Source of the DNA: an uncultured Actinomycetes bacterium
Lineage (GTDB): Bacteria; Actinomycetota; Actinomycetes; Nanopelagicales; Nanopelagicaceae
Assembly (NCBI GenBank): GCA_903894425.1
Contig: CAITQC010000002.1
Span: 1 to 43,216, forward strand
Direction: 5' to 3'
DNA: 43,216 bases
The notes under the pieces: model-generated
What the model was told of the DNA's origin: nothing
Seen by the model: only the letters and a program-made list of their open reading frames with translations
Databases searched by the model: none
Part shown: positions 31,579 to 43,135 of the stretch, in pieces
Position numbering within the stretch: the first letter of the stretch is position 1
Layout: each line of letters opens with the position of its first letter
Made by a program: the position numbers and the translations under genes

Positions 31579-32304
31579 TTAATTTGTATTAACTATTTTA
31601 AAAGCTTCGGCGATTCGACCCTCAGGCAAACCTCCAATGCCAGCGTTTCGCTGACCCCATTCGCGAACCATTTTTTCAAGATCCTTGTTGTGCGCTGTCT
31701 GAGAAACATGGGCATGTAGAGCCTTCATCTTCAAATCGAAAGTATCGGTGATATCTACGAAGTGATCTGGATGTGAAAATGCACTTAACCATACTTCTTT
31801 CACGCGCCAAGGTTGCAGACCTTCTTGCTCCATTAAATCTGTGAATGCAAATGGATTACGAGCATCCGGATAAACAGCTTGAATGGATGCTTCACCTGCG
31901 GCTAAATGATCTGGATGGCTTGCACCGATTCGATCCCAGTTACGTTCAGGGCTTTGGCAGACCATTCGATCTGGTTGGGATTTACGAATTTGACGTACTA
32001 AATCTTTTCGAAGCCCTAAAGTTGCTTCAAGATGTCCATCTACATAGTTAAGAAAAGTAATATCAGTTACGCCAATTGCTGCACCGGCTGCACGTTGTTC
32101 ACGTTGGCGAACCGCTGGCATCTCTTCTTTCGTAAAGCCTGACTCTTCGCCACCTTGGTCACCGTTAGTGCAAAACACATAGGCAACTTCAATGCCCTGC
32201 TTTACCCATTGGGCGATTGTTCCCGAGGCTCCGAAATCGGAATCATCGGGGTGGGCACTAATGACCAAGACGCGCTTGATCTCGCTATCGGCAATGGGTT
32301 CCAT
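31579..32304 (-). CDS. PIG-L/LmbE-family deacetylase
   Basis: SAHPDD, TNGDQG, RQREQ, HPDH, AHVSQ, EAF. Confidence 0.9.
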   Translation of the reverse strand: MEPIADSEIKRVLVISAHPDDSDFGASGTIAQWVKQGIEVAYVFCTNGDQGGEESGFTKEEMPAVRQREQRAAGAAIGVTDITFLNYVDGHLEATLGLRKDLVRQIRKSQPDRMVCQSPERNWDRIGASHPDHLAAGEASIQAVYPDARNPFAFTDLMEQEGLQPWRVKEVWLSAFSHPDHFVDITDTFDLKMKALHAHVSQTAHNKDLEKMVREWGQRNAGIGGLPEGRIAEAFKIVNTN

Positions 32305-32331
32305 GTCGCCAAGCCTAATAGACTCACCACT
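32305..32331. promoter_or_regulatory. back-to-back leaderless promoters
   Basis: TAGGCT-N7-ATG on the minus strand and TAGACT-N7-ATG on the plus strand within a 27-bp gap. Confidence 0.65.
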
Positions 32332-34572
32332 ATGACGAGTACTGATCCGCTGCTAGCCGGACTCAACCCCCAGCAAGCAGAGGCAGTAACTCACGCCGGT
32401 GGTCCATTGCTAGTAGTTGCTGGGGCTGGCTCAGGCAAAACCCGTGTTTTGACGCGTCGAATCGCCTATTTAATGTCACGACGCAATGTTGCTCCATATC
32501 AAATCCTTGCAATTACTTTTACTAATAAAGCAGCTGGTGAAATGAAGGAGCGCGTGGCTGAATTAGTTGGACCGATCGCAAAGTCGATGTGGGTATCAAC
32601 TTTTCACTCAGCATGTGTGCGAATCCTGCGCCAAGAAGCCTCTCGTCTTGGTTATAGCAACTCATTTTCTATCTATGACTCGGCTGACTCATTGCGATTG
32701 ATAACCATTGTCTCTAAAGAACTCAACTTAGATTCTAAGCGATATCCAGCGCGACAGTTTCAATCAATGATTTCTAATGCAAAGAATGAACTGCTTGGAC
32801 CTCAAGACTATGTCAATGCGGCAAGCAATCAATTTGAACAAGTTGTGGCCGATGTATATGCCGTATATCAACAACGTTTGCAGCGAGCCAATGCGATGGA
32901 TTTTGATGATCTGATTTTAAAGACCGTTGAAGTTCTGCAGCGATTCCCAGAAGCAAAAGCCCGTTTTAGATCGCGCTTTCGCCATGTGCTAGTAGATGAA
33001 TATCAAGATACAAATCATGCGCAATATATTCTTGTGAAAGAACTTGTTGGTACCGAGATTGAAGGCATGCCGTCGGCCGAACTATGCGTAGTAGGCGATG
33101 CCGACCAAAGTATTTATGGATTTCGAGGTGCGACTATTCGAAATATCTTGCAGTTCGAACTTGATTACCCAAAGGCAACCACTGTTTTGCTCGAACAAAA
33201 CTATCGGTCAACTCAAAATATCCTTAACGCCGCTAATGCTGTTATTACACGCAACGAGAGCCGTAAAGAGAAGAACCTCTGGTCTGATGCTGGATCAGGT
33301 GCACCGCTGGTTGGTTATGTTGCCGAGAGCGAACATGATGAAGCACGATTTATCGCCGATGAGATTCGGCAACTACAACGTGAATCAAAATCACAACCGG
33401 GCGATACTGCGATCTTCTATCGAACCAATGCCCAGTCACGTGTATTTGAAGAAGTATTCATGCGTGATGCACTTCCATATAAAGTCGTTGGTGGCCTGCG
33501 CTTCTACGAGCGGCGCGAAGTTAAAGATTTGCTGGCCTATCTACGTGTGCTTGCAAATCTTGAAGATGAGATTTCCCTTCGCCGTATCATCAATGTTCCA
33601 AAGCGCGGAATCGGTGACACCTCACTTGATTATGTCGATGCATTTGCCAGAGACAACTCAATCTCTTTTTGGCAGGGGCTGCTTCGTTGTTCACAAGCTC
33701 CAGGATTGCCTTCACGCGCAGCGCAATCGATTAATGAATTCACATCAATGATTAGTGCTCTCAATGTTTTAGTAGAAGCCAAAACTCGCCCATCGGTAAT
33801 TGTCGAAGCAGCGCTCGAACAATCTGGTTTATTAAAAGAGTTGGCCGATAGCGTCGATCCACAGGATGAAGTCCGCGTCGAAAACCTTAAAGAACTAGTT
33901 GCGGTTTCAATGGAGTACGAAGAGCGTCCATTTGAAGAGCTTGGCGAAGATGAAGAGATTTCATTGGCGGGCTTTTTAGAAAAAGTCTCACTCGTTGCCG
34001 ACGCCGATGAGATTCCTGAGGGCGAAGATCATGGTGGGGTTGTCACAATGATGACACTTCATACTGCAAAGGGTCTTGAGTTTCCAACTGTCTTTTTAAC
34101 AGGTATGGAAGATGGAATTTTTCCGCATTCACGAACCCTTGGCGAAAAAGATGAGATTGAAGAAGAGCGACGCCTTGCCTACGTTGGTTTAACTCGCGCA
34201 CGTCAGCGTCTCTATATTTCACGGGCGGAATATCGATCAACATGGGGTGCACCAAATTACAATCCACCATCTCGTTTTCTTGATGAGATCCCAGAAGATG
34301 TTATTGAGTGGCGCAATCAAGGATCGGCATCGCTCCCACCTTCTCTAGTTCGAAAATCACGTGTTGCCACTGCGCCTGCACCACGTGCCACAGGCAAGAA
34401 GATTTCTACGATGGAACTTGCAGTCGGAGATCGTGTGTCACATGACACATTTGGTTTAGGCACGGTTGTGGCTGTAGCAGGTGCGGCCGAAAAGGCTGAA
34501 GCGACAATTAACTTCGGCCAATATGGCGAGAAGCGATTACTGCTGCGCTATGCACCCGTTGAGAAGCTCTAG
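32332..34572 (+). CDS. pcrA: ATP-dependent DNA helicase PcrA/UvrD1
   Basis: AGAGSGKT, TFTNKAA, VDEYQDTN, VGDADQSIY, LEQNYRS, HTAKGLEF, EERRLAYVGLTRA, C-terminal Tudor-like domain; real start ATG 32332. Confidence 0.97.
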   Translation: MTSTDPLLAGLNPQQAEAVTHAGGPLLVVAGAGSGKTRVLTRRIAYLMSRRNVAPYQILAITFTNKAAGEMKERVAELVGPIAKSMWVSTFHSACVRILRQEASRLGYSNSFSIYDSADSLRLITIVSKELNLDSKRYPARQFQSMISNAKNELLGPQDYVNAASNQFEQVVADVYAVYQQRLQRANAMDFDDLILKTVEVLQRFPEAKARFRSRFRHVLVDEYQDTNHAQYILVKELVGTEIEGMPSAELCVVGDADQSIYGFRGATIRNILQFELDYPKATTVLLEQNYRSTQNILNAANAVITRNESRKEKNLWSDAGSGAPLVGYVAESEHDEARFIADEIRQLQRESKSQPGDTAIFYRTNAQSRVFEEVFMRDALPYKVVGGLRFYERREVKDLLAYLRVLANLEDEISLRRIINVPKRGIGDTSLDYVDAFARDNSISFWQGLLRCSQAPGLPSRAAQSINEFTSMISALNVLVEAKTRPSVIVEAALEQSGLLKELADSVDPQDEVRVENLKELVAVSMEYEERPFEELGEDEEISLAGFLEKVSLVADADEIPEGEDHGGVVTMMTLHTAKGLEFPTVFLTGMEDGIFPHSRTLGEKDEIEEERRLAYVGLTRARQRLYISRAEYRSTWGAPNYNPPSRFLDEIPEDVIEWRNQGSASLPPSLVRKSRVATAPAPRATGKKISTMELAVGDRVSHDTFGLGTVVAVAGAAEKAEATINFGQYGEKRLLLRYAPVEKL

Positions 34573-34603
34573 GATTAAGCCCTAATTACGATGTGGAGCA
34601 CCA

Positions 34604-35767
34604 GTGGATCTATTTGAGTACCAAGCTCGCGATATCTTTGAAAAGCATGGCGTACCTGTTTTAGCTGCAGCGATCGCCACTACTGCCGATGAAGCAGAAG
34701 CGGCAGCAACAAAGATTGGTGGCAAAGTAGTTGTAAAGGCTCAAGTAAAAGTTGGTGGGCGTGGAAAAGCCGGCGGCGTAAAGCTAGCCGAAGATCCAGC
34801 TGATGCGCGCGAAAAGGCTGGCGCAATTCTTGGAATGGATATCAAGGGCCACGTTGTCCACACTGTAATGATTGCAGCGGCAGCTCCTATTGAATCCGAG
34901 TACTACTTAGCGATTCTTCTTGATCGATCAAATCGCACATTTTTAGTTATGGCATCAGTATCAGGCGGAATGGATATTGAAGAAGTTGCACACACCGCGC
35001 CAGAAAAACTAGCAAAGGTTCCAGTTTCTGCAGTTGATGGAATCAACCTAGCTAAGGCGACTGAGATTATTACCGCAGCTAATTTCCCGGCAGATGTTGC
35101 CGATCAAGTTGCTCACGTACTTGTTAAGTTGTGGGAAGTTTTCCAATCTGAAGATGCAACTTTAGTTGAAGTCAACCCTTTGGTTAAGACCAAGGATGGC
35201 AAAGTAATTGCACTTGATGGCAAAGTGACTCTTGATGACAACGCTGATTTTCGTCAGCCAGATCATCAAGGGCTAATTGATCAAGCAGCTGAAAACCCAC
35301 TTGAAGCCGCGGCAAAAGAAAAAGGCCTTAACTACGTCAAGCTTGATGGTGAAGTTGGAATCATTGGAAATGGCGCCGGCCTTGTTATGAGCACACTCGA
35401 TGTAGTTGCTTACGCTGGCGAAAAACATGGTGGGGTTCGCCCAGCAAACTTCCTTGATATTGGTGGTGGTGCATCTGCTCAAATTATGGCCGACGGACTA
35501 TCAATTATTCTTGGCGACAAAGATGTGAAGAGCGTCTTTGTAAATGTATTTGGTGGAATAACTGCATGTGATGCCGTAGCTACTGGAATCGTCCAAGCAC
35601 TTGAATTACTTGGCCCAAAGGCCACAAAGCCAATCGTTGTACGTCTTGATGGAAACAACGTCGTTGAAGGTCGAGCGATATTAGATAAAGCCGCACACCC
35701 ATTGGTGCAGCAGCTGGACACAATGGATGGAGCAGCTAATCGTGCTGCAGAATTGGCGGCTAAGTAA
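34604..35767 (+). CDS. sucC: succinyl-CoA synthetase beta subunit
   Basis: [44 protein letters not shown]. Confidence 0.98.
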   Translation: MDLFEYQARDIFEKHGVPVLAAAIATTADEAEAAATKIGGKVVVKAQVKVGGRGKAGGVKLAEDPADAREKAGAILGMDIKGHVVHTVMIAAAAPIESEYYLAILLDRSNRTFLVMASVSGGMDIEEVAHTAPEKLAKVPVSAVDGINLAKATEIITAANFPADVADQVAHVLVKLWEVFQSEDATLVEVNPLVKTKDGKVIALDGKVTLDDNADFRQPDHQGLIDQAAENPLEAAAKEKGLNYVKLDGEVGIIGNGAGLVMSTLDVVAYAGEKHGGVRPANFLDIGGGASAQIMADGLSIILGDKDVKSVFVNVFGGITACDAVATGIVQALELLGPKATKPIVVRLDGNNVVEGRAILDKAAHPLVQQLDTMDGAANRAAELAAK

Positions 35768-36649
35768 ATGTCTATCTTTTTAAATGAAAATACCAAGGTA
35801 ATTGTTCAGGGCATGACTGGAACTGAAGGCACCAAGCACACTCGTCGTATGTTGGCATCAGGAACAAAGATTGTTGGTGGAGTTACGCCGGGTAAAGGCG
35901 GACAGGTCGTTGATATTGACGGTCACCAACTTCCAGTTTTTAACACTGTTGCCGAAGCAATGAGTACAACTGGTGCAAATGCATCTGTTGTCTTTGTGCC
36001 GCCTAAGTTTGCAAAGTCTGCTGTTATCGATGCGATCGATGCAGCGATGCCATTAGTTGTAGTTATTACTGAGGGAATCCCAGTTCATGACTCTGCTAGT
36101 TTCTACGCATATTCATTAACTAAGGGGACAACTCGTATCGTTGGACCAAACTGCCCAGGACTTATAAGCCCCGGTAAATCAAATATCGGAATCATTCCTT
36201 CAGATATCACAGGTCCTGGACCAATTGGTTTAGTGTCAAAATCTGGAACTCTTACATATCAAATGATGTACGAACTTCGTGACATTGGTTTTAGTACCGC
36301 AGTAGGTATCGGTGGAGACCCAGTTATTGGAACTACACATATCGATTGCTTGCGAGCATTCCAAGATGATCCCGATACAACTGCAATCGTCATGATTGGT
36401 GAGATCGGTGGCGATGCAGAAGAGCGCGCTGCTGCATTTATCGCCGAGTACGTGACTAAGCCAGTTGTTGGATACGTTGCTGGCTTTACTGCCCCAGAAG
36501 GAAAAACTATGGGTCATGCTGGCGCTATCGTCTCTGGTTCATCAGGAACTGCTCAGGGCAAGAAAGATGCGCTCGAAGCTGCTGGTGTACAAGTTGGCCA
36601 AACACCAAGTGAAACTGCACGCTTGTTACGTGCAATCTTAGGCCGCTAA
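35768..36649 (+). CDS. sucD: succinyl-CoA synthetase alpha subunit
   Basis: [26 protein letters not shown] phospho-His. Confidence 0.98.
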   Translation: MSIFLNENTKVIVQGMTGTEGTKHTRRMLASGTKIVGGVTPGKGGQVVDIDGHQLPVFNTVAEAMSTTGANASVVFVPPKFAKSAVIDAIDAAMPLVVVITEGIPVHDSASFYAYSLTKGTTRIVGPNCPGLISPGKSNIGIIPSDITGPGPIGLVSKSGTLTYQMMYELRDIGFSTAVGIGGDPVIGTTHIDCLRAFQDDPDTTAIVMIGEIGGDAEERAAAFIAEYVTKPVVGYVAGFTAPEGKTMGHAGAIVSGSSGTAQGKKDALEAAGVQVGQTPSETARLLRAILGR

Positions 36650-36653
36650 AACA

Positions 36654-37730
36654 ATGTTCGGCCGCGTACTTGGAACTACTTTGGTCCAAGTCGTGCGCAG
36701 CATTGCTTACGTTTTACTACCCACTTCTTTTATAGCTCTACTTGCATGGGCAACAGCTGGAAGTGCAACTGGAAATACAGGAGATCCACTACGTGCAGCG
36801 TTATGGATTTGGTTGGGCGCACATCAAGTTCCCTTTGATCTTTTACTCCCACCGGCAAATCTTGCGGGCCATCTTTCTTATCTGCCTATGGGCGCGATTG
36901 TATTTCCTATTCTTGCTATTCGTGCCGGACTAATTCGTACTCTTGATCGACTTGATCATGACACTTCATTGATGCCATTAGCACGAGGCTTATTTGCCCT
37001 GCAATACAGCGCTGCGGTGATGTTGCTTTCTTACTTTTCTTCTACAACAACCATCAAACCTCTTTGGTATATGGCGCCAATATTTATACTTCCACTAGTC
37101 CTCGTTACCGCCGCAACTGTTGGTCGGCGATTAACCTTTGGCCAAGCGGCCTTATATGGTTCGCGTGTAATTGCTCTGTTACTAGGAATTTCATCAATCA
37201 TTCTTGGAGTTTCAATCTTCACTCATTTACACATGGTCAAAACTCTCACCACAGTTCTAGAGCCAGGAATCTTAGGTGGCCTCTTGCTCCTGCTGCTCAA
37301 TATTCTCTATATCCCAAATGCCGTTGTTGCAACCCTTGGCTATTTTTCAGGTGCAGGATTTGCCGTTGGAACTGGAACAATTGTTGCTCCTTGGAGTTTT
37401 AATCTAAATTCGATTCCAGCTTTTCCTTTACTTGGTGCGTTACCTACTGGAGAATCCTTAGTTTCTCTTGTCGGAATCGCCGCTGTAATTTTTACAGGTG
37501 CGCTTTTAGCTAGTTGGACCATGGCACTAAGCACAAGGATTTTGGTTCAAAGTTTGTTGGTTGCAGCAGTGATTAGCACTGCTATTGCATTTGCAGGTAG
37601 TGGAGCTTTAATAACGCAATCCATGTCGACGCTCGGAGTTTCTATTTGGAAATTCCCACTTTCCATTGCTGCCGAGCTACTTCTGGGTGCTGTTTTAGCA
37701 CTCTATGTACCCCGTCTTTGGAAGCGCTAA
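36654..37730 (+). CDS. integral membrane protein, PerM/DUF6350-like
   Basis: About 10 TM segments; WLGAHQVP, YIPNA...GAGFAVG, PAFPLLGALP; position between sucD and purN matches mycobacterial perM. Confidence 0.72.
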   Translation: MFGRVLGTTLVQVVRSIAYVLLPTSFIALLAWATAGSATGNTGDPLRAALWIWLGAHQVPFDLLLPPANLAGHLSYLPMGAIVFPILAIRAGLIRTLDRLDHDTSLMPLARGLFALQYSAAVMLLSYFSSTTTIKPLWYMAPIFILPLVLVTAATVGRRLTFGQAALYGSRVIALLLGISSIILGVSIFTHLHMVKTLTTVLEPGILGGLLLLLLNILYIPNAVVATLGYFSGAGFAVGTGTIVAPWSFNLNSIPAFPLLGALPTGESLVSLVGIAAVIFTGALLASWTMALSTRILVQSLLVAAVISTAIAFAGSGALITQSMSTLGVSIWKFPLSIAAELLLGAVLALYVPRLWKR

Positions 37731-38293
37731 TGGCGCATCGTGTAGTTATTCTTGCTTCAGGATCTGGAACGCTCGCGCAAGCTATATTCGATGCCAAGGA
37801 GCTTGATATCGAAGTTGTTGCCCTCATTAGTGATGTTGCAGGAGCCGCTGTTTTAGATCGTGCAAAGACAATGGGGATTCCTACTCAAGTAATCGCAGTA
37901 GGTGATTCTCGCTCCAGTTGGAATTCGCAGATCATCGATGTAGTTGCCGGATATAAAACAGATCTCGTTGTCAGCGCAGGGTTCATGCGAATTTTGCCCG
38001 CCGATTTTGTTAATCGTTTTCCAACAATTAATAGTCACCCGGCGTTATTGCCAGAGTTTCCTGGCGCACATGCGGTGCGTGATGCGCTAGCCGCTGGTGT
38101 AAGCGTAACGGGTACAACTGTGCACTGGGTCGATGACGGTGTTGATACAGGACCAATCATTACTCAGATGGAAGTCCCAGTGCTGCCAAATGATGACGAA
38201 GCCACACTTCATGAGAGAATTAAAAAAGTTGAACGCGGTCTCATCGTTGCGACCATCGCCCTGATTCTTCCAACCTTGGAGCGCCATGTCTGA
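37730..38293 (+). CDS. purN: phosphoribosylglycinamide formyltransferase
   Basis: LASGSGT, AGFMRIL, NSHPALLP, HWVDDGVDTGPII; ATG 37730 (TAATG). Confidence 0.97.
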   Translation: MAHRVVILASGSGTLAQAIFDAKELDIEVVALISDVAGAAVLDRAKTMGIPTQVIAVGDSRSSWNSQIIDVVAGYKTDLVVSAGFMRILPADFVNRFPTINSHPALLPEFPGAHAVRDALAAGVSVTGTTVHWVDDGVDTGPIITQMEVPVLPNDDEATLHERIKKVERGLIVATIALILPTLERHV

Positions 38294-39824
38294 ACGCAAA
38301 CCTATACGTAGAGCTCTTGTAAGTGTTTACGACAAAGATCGACTTCTTGAAATCGGAGCTGCGTTGCACGGCGCTGGAGTCGAAATTCTTTCGACAGGTT
38401 CGACTGCAAAAACATTACAAGGTGCTGGAATCGCGGTTACGCAAGTAAGCCAGTACACCGGATTTCCCGAAATTATGGGTGGTCGCGTTAAGACGCTACA
38501 TCCCCGAGTCCACTCTGGAATCTTGGCAGATCAAAATAATCCAGAACACTTAGCTGCAATTAGAGAGTTAGATATAGAGCCCTTTGATTTAGTAATTATC
38601 AATCTCTATCCATTTGCCGCAACAATTGCATCGGGGGCTGATTTTGCTGAGTGCATCGAGCAGATCGATATCGGTGGTCCATCGATGCTTCGAGGAGCGG
38701 CAAAAAACCATGGTTCTGTAGCGGTAATTTGCCAGACATCGCAGTATGACCAACTTTTGCAAGCGATTAATGAAGGCGGCTTTAGCCAGGCAGAACGACG
38801 CCAATTAGCCCTTGAAGTATTTAGAACAACGGCTGAATATGATTTAACAATTGCTAATTGGCTCGGTCAAAACGATGAACTTCCCGAATGGTTTGGTCGT
38901 ATTTGGCATCGCGACAAAACTTTAAGGTACGGCGAAAATCCACACCAAAGCGCTGCTATCTATTCAGGTGGGCCAGTTGGAATTGTTAATGCAGTACAGC
39001 TGCACGGCAAAGAGATGTCGTTTAACAACTACACCGATGCCGAATCAGCTTGGCGTGCAGTCCTAGATCATCGCGACCCAGCAGTGGCAATTATGAAACA
39101 TGCCAATCCATGTGGAATCGCGGTTTGCGCTCTTGGAGTGGCCGTGGCCTACCAGCACGCACATGAATGCGATCCTGTATCTGCATTTGGGGGAGTGGTA
39201 GCAGCTAACCGAAAAGTTGATTTGGCAATGGCTACACCGCTATCTGAAATCTTTACCGAAGTTCTTATTGCACCAGATTTCGATCAAGATGCATTAGAGC
39301 TGCTCATGAAAAAGCCTTCAATACGAATTTTAAAATGCGATGTAACAACAATTTCACCCTTCGAACTTCGTCCAGTTTCAGGTGGAATCTTGTTGCAACA
39401 AAGCGACCTTGTTGATGCACTAGGTGATTCGCCAAGTAATTGGAAACAAGTCAGCGGCCAACCAGTAGATGAGCAAGCCATGAAGGATTTAGAGTTTGCC
39501 TGGCGCAGTGTTAGAAGCGTAAAGAGCAACGCGATTTTATTAGCAAAAAATACTGCCTCAGTTGGAATAGGAATGGGCCAGGTCAATCGAGTTGATTCAG
39601 CAAAATTAGCCGTAGATCGTGCTGGCGAAAGAGTTAAGGGATCGGTTGCTGCCAGTGATGCATTTTTCCCATTTGCCGATGGACTCCAAATTTTGATTGA
39701 TGCCGGAGTGGTTGCAATAGTGCAACCAGGTGGCAGTGTTCGTGATGAAGAAGTTATCGCCGCCGCTCAAAAAGCTGGGATTGCGATGTTCTTCACAGGC
39801 GTGCGCCATTTCTCTCACGCCTAA
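38286..39824 (+). CDS. purH: bifunctional AICAR transformylase/IMP cyclohydrolase
   Basis: ALVSVYDK, GRVKTLHP, IDIGGP, LRYGENPHQ, KHANPCG, SDAFFPF. Confidence 0.98.
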   Translation: MSERKPIRRALVSVYDKDRLLEIGAALHGAGVEILSTGSTAKTLQGAGIAVTQVSQYTGFPEIMGGRVKTLHPRVHSGILADQNNPEHLAAIRELDIEPFDLVIINLYPFAATIASGADFAECIEQIDIGGPSMLRGAAKNHGSVAVICQTSQYDQLLQAINEGGFSQAERRQLALEVFRTTAEYDLTIANWLGQNDELPEWFGRIWHRDKTLRYGENPHQSAAIYSGGPVGIVNAVQLHGKEMSFNNYTDAESAWRAVLDHRDPAVAIMKHANPCGIAVCALGVAVAYQHAHECDPVSAFGGVVAANRKVDLAMATPLSEIFTEVLIAPDFDQDALELLMKKPSIRILKCDVTTISPFELRPVSGGILLQQSDLVDALGDSPSNWKQVSGQPVDEQAMKDLEFAWRSVRSVKSNAILLAKNTASVGIGMGQVNRVDSAKLAVDRAGERVKGSVAASDAFFPFADGLQILIDAGVVAIVQPGGSVRDEEVIAAAQKAGIAMFFTGVRHFSHA

Positions 39825-39845
39825 AGCGCTATTAGGATGAGCGCC

Positions 39846-40685
39846 ATGAGCGCACAAATACTGGATGGCAAAGCACTAGCTTCAAAAATAAAAGGCGAAT
39901 TAGCAGTTCGTGTTGCCGAACTCAAAACCCGTGGGATCACTCCAGGACTTGGCACTGTCCTTGTTGGCGATGATCCAGGATCACATTCCTATGTTGGCGG
40001 TAAGCATCGCGACTGCCACGAGATTGGCATTAATTCAATTCGAGTTGATTTGCCAGAGAATGCAAGTGAAGCCGATGTTATGGCTGCGATTAAAGATTTA
40101 AATGCATCACCTGAATGCACTGGCTACATTGTTCAACTGCCGATGCCAAAAGGAATAAATACACAACGTATTCTTGAAGCAATTGATCCTTCGAAAGATG
40201 CCGATGGTTTGCACCCAATGAACTTAGGACGTTTAGTCTCTGGCTATGACGCACCGCTTCCATGTACACCACACGGCATTGTCGAGCTACTCACTCATTA
40301 CGGAATTAGCACAAAAGGTGCAGAAGTTACTGTTATCGGCCGTGGCCTAACAGTTGGCCGCCCACTTGGATTATTACTAACTCGAAAGCAAGAAAATGCA
40401 ACGGTAACTTTGACTCACACTGGAACTAAAGATTTAACTTTACATACTAAAAACGCGGACATAATTGTTGCGGCAATAGGGCAAGCACATTTCCTAAAGG
40501 CCGACATGATTAAGCCAGGTGCTGTTGTAATTGATGTTGGAATTTCACGTACTGATAAAGGATTACTTGGAGATGTTGATCCATCAGTAATGGAAGTTGC
40601 TTCATGGGTTGCACCAATGCCCGGTGGCGTTGGCCCAATGACTCGTGCGATGTTGGTTAAGAATGTTGTTGATGCATGCGGATAA
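39846..40685 (+). CDS. folD: methylene-THF dehydrogenase/cyclohydrolase
   Basis: [29 protein letters not shown]; ATG 39846 follows TAGGAT-N7, alternative 39837. Confidence 0.97.
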   Translation: MSAQILDGKALASKIKGELAVRVAELKTRGITPGLGTVLVGDDPGSHSYVGGKHRDCHEIGINSIRVDLPENASEADVMAAIKDLNASPECTGYIVQLPMPKGINTQRILEAIDPSKDADGLHPMNLGRLVSGYDAPLPCTPHGIVELLTHYGISTKGAEVTVIGRGLTVGRPLGLLLTRKQENATVTLTHTGTKDLTLHTKNADIIVAAIGQAHFLKADMIKPGAVVIDVGISRTDKGLLGDVDPSVMEVASWVAPMPGGVGPMTRAMLVKNVVDACG

Positions 40686-40903
40686 ATGACCGCCCCTTAA
40701 CAATTGCCAGCAATGTTGTAATCCTTATCGGAATCACTTTAGGGATTTTTGGAATTGTGCGAGGTGGGTCACTTTTCCTCGCCGTAGGTACGGCAGGAAT
40801 CGCAATAAAGGCCCGGCACCAACGTAAATTCGACTTTTATTTCCCGCTCTTAATAGCGATAGCCCTCTTTGCTCTGGCAATTGCACTTCCTCGTGGACGG
40901 TAG
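40676..40903 (+). CDS. small membrane protein (DUF3017-like by position)
   Basis: 75 aa, about 3 hydrophobic segments; overlaps the folD end as the actinobacterial folD-linked small protein does. Confidence 0.6.
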   Translation: MRINDRPLTIASNVVILIGITLGIFGIVRGGSLFLAVGTAGIAIKARHQRKFDFYFPLLIAIALFALAIALPRGR

Positions 40904-40946
40904 AGTTGGGCGTATTACCGAGTAGGTCGAATATAAGGAGTACGCC

Positions 40947-41897
40947 ATGGGCGGAAAAGTCACAGTAGTCGGTTCAGGTTTTTATGGTTCAACAACAGCG
41001 CTTCGTTTAGCGCAATATGACATCTTCGACACCGTTGTATTAACGGATATCGTCGAAGGAAAGCCCGAAGGTTTGGCTTTAGATATGAATCAATCTCGTT
41101 CAATCGAAGGCTTTGAAACAAAGGTTATTGGCGCAACAACTACTCCTGAAGGCGCTGGCTACGAAGCAACTGCAAACTCAGATGTAGTCGTAATTACTGC
41201 AGGCCTGCCACGTAAACCAGGTATGAGCCGCATGGATCTCATCGGTGTTAATGCTGGAATCGTCCGCGGCGTTGCCGAAAACATTGCAAAGCATTCTCCT
41301 AACGCAGTCATCATCGTGGTTTCAAATCCACTAGATGAAATGACCGCACTTGCACAGATTGCAACGAATTTTCCAAAGAATCGCGTAATGGGTCAGGCAG
41401 GAATGCTCGATACAGCGCGCTTTACTAATTTTGTTGCTGAAAAGCTAGGAGTAAAGACCGCATCAGTGAAGACGCTGACACTTGGTTCACATGGCGACAC
41501 CATGGTTCCAGTTCCAAGTCGCTGCACTGTAGATGGCAAGCCTTTAAGTGATCTTTTATCGCAAGCAGAAATCGATGAGCTTGTAGACCGCACACGCAAT
41601 GGTGGCGCTGAAGTCGTTGCACTACTTAAGACCGGCTCTGCTTATTACGCACCATCTGCTGCAGCTGCACGCATGGCTAAAGCAGTTATCGAAGATTCAG
41701 GTGCAGTAATGCCTGTGTGCGCATGGGTAGATGGCGAATATGGAATTTCAGGTGTGTATCTCGGTGTCGAAGCCGAAATCGGCCGCAATGGAATCAACAA
41801 AGTTGTTGAAAGCAAGTTAACTGATTCTGAAGTTGAAGCTCTTAAGGCTGCAGCTGAAGCAGTTCGTGCAAAACAAGCAGACGTTCAAACACTCTAA
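40947..41897 (+). CDS. mdh: malate dehydrogenase (LDH-like type)
   Basis: [42 protein letters not shown]; AAGGAG RBS. Confidence 0.95.
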   Translation: MGGKVTVVGSGFYGSTTALRLAQYDIFDTVVLTDIVEGKPEGLALDMNQSRSIEGFETKVIGATTTPEGAGYEATANSDVVVITAGLPRKPGMSRMDLIGVNAGIVRGVAENIAKHSPNAVIIVVSNPLDEMTALAQIATNFPKNRVMGQAGMLDTARFTNFVAEKLGVKTASVKTLTLGSHGDTMVPVPSRCTVDGKPLSDLLSQAEIDELVDRTRNGGAEVVALLKTGSAYYAPSAAAARMAKAVIEDSGAVMPVCAWVDGEYGISGVYLGVEAEIGRNGINKVVESKLTDSEVEALKAAAEAVRAKQADVQTL

Positions 41898-41910
41898 AGG
41901 AGCGCACTAC

Positions 41911-43125
41911 ATGGCCAAGATCAAAGTAGAAGGAACCGTTGTTGAACTAGATGGTGACGAGATGACTCGCATCATGTGGCAGTTCATCAAAGACTCATTA
42001 ATCCTTCCTTATTTGGATGTAAATCTTGAGTACTACGACCTTGGCATGGAAAACCGTGATGCCACCGATGATCAGGTGACAATTGATTCAGCTCATGCAA
42101 TCCAAAAGCATGGCGTTGGTATCAAGTGCGCAACAATCACTCCTGATGAGGCCCGCGTTGAAGAGTTTGGTCTTAAAAAGATGTGGAAGTCTCCAAATGG
42201 AACGGTCCGCAACATTTTGGGCGGCGTAATTTTCCGCGAACCAATCATTATTAGCAACGTCCCTCGTTTGGTACCTCACTGGACTAAGCCAATCGTTATC
42301 GGCCGTCATGCTTTTGGTGACCAGTACAAGGCAACTGATTTCAAGGTTCCGGGCGCCGGAAAACTGACGATGTCATTTGTTCCTGAAGATGGCTCTGCAC
42401 CAACTGAATACACCGTCTTTGATTTCAAATCATCAGGTGTAGCAATGGGTATGTACAACGTCGATGAATCAATCCGCGACTTCGCCCATGCGTCATTGAA
42501 CTACGGCTTACTTCGCAAGTACCCGGTTTATCTTTCAACTAAGAACACAATCTTGAAGGCTTACGACGGTCGATTCAAAGATATCTTTGAAGAGATCTAC
42601 CAAGCAGAGTTCAAAGAAAAATTTGAAGCTGCCGGTATCTGGTACGAGCACCGTCTCATCGATGACATGGTTGCAATGTCATTGCGCATGGAGGGCGGCT
42701 ACGTCTGGGCATGTAAGAACTACGACGGCGATGTTCAATCTGACACAGTTGCGCAAGGGTATGGCTCACTTGGTTTGATGACATCAGTATTGATGACACC
42801 AGATGGAAAGATTGTTGAATCTGAAGCAGCCCACGGAACAGTTACTCGTCACTACCGTGATCATCAAAAGGGTAAGGCAACATCTACAAATCCAATCGCA
42901 TCAATCTTTGCGTGGACTCGTGGACTTGCACACCGTGCAAAGCTCGATAACAACTCTGAACTCGCCGCCTTCTGTGACACCCTCGAGCGCGTTTGTATCG
43001 AAACTGTTGAGCAGGGCAAGATGACTAAGGATCTATCACTCTTGATCTCAAAGACGGCTCCGTACCAAACTACTCAGGAGTTCCTCAACTCAATTGATGA
43101 AAACCTACAGAAAGCCATGGCGTAA
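41911..43125 (+). CDS. icd: NADP-dependent isocitrate dehydrogenase (type II, eukaryote-like)
   Basis: [47 protein letters not shown]; ATG 41911 after AAGGAG. Confidence 0.97.
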   Translation: MAKIKVEGTVVELDGDEMTRIMWQFIKDSLILPYLDVNLEYYDLGMENRDATDDQVTIDSAHAIQKHGVGIKCATITPDEARVEEFGLKKMWKSPNGTVRNILGGVIFREPIIISNVPRLVPHWTKPIVIGRHAFGDQYKATDFKVPGAGKLTMSFVPEDGSAPTEYTVFDFKSSGVAMGMYNVDESIRDFAHASLNYGLLRKYPVYLSTKNTILKAYDGRFKDIFEEIYQAEFKEKFEAAGIWYEHRLIDDMVAMSLRMEGGYVWACKNYDGDVQSDTVAQGYGSLGLMTSVLMTPDGKIVESEAAHGTVTRHYRDHQKGKATSTNPIASIFAWTRGLAHRAKLDNNSELAAFCDTLERVCIETVEQGKMTKDLSLLISKTAPYQTTQEFLNSIDENLQKAMA

Positions 43126-43135
43126 ACTTTTAGAC

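Noticed and set aside
32155-32331. 59-aa N-terminal extension of PcrA in the ORF track
   Set aside because: It overlaps the divergent PIG-L gene, and ATG 32332 has a -10 box and a typical N-terminus. Similar over-extensions at 5761, 23711, 26127, 37646 and 41833 were also trimmed.
33098-33751. 217-aa alternative-frame ORF inside pcrA
   Set aside because: Fully nested, no recognisable motifs, atypical composition.
37695-37721. TTAGCACTC, a CIRCE half-site
   Set aside because: Inside a CDS, with no matching right arm and no heat-shock gene downstream.
40947-43125. LDH-like MDH next to a eukaryote-type IDH as possible horizontal transfer
   Set aside because: Both enzyme types occur in actinobacteria and there is no compositional anomaly.
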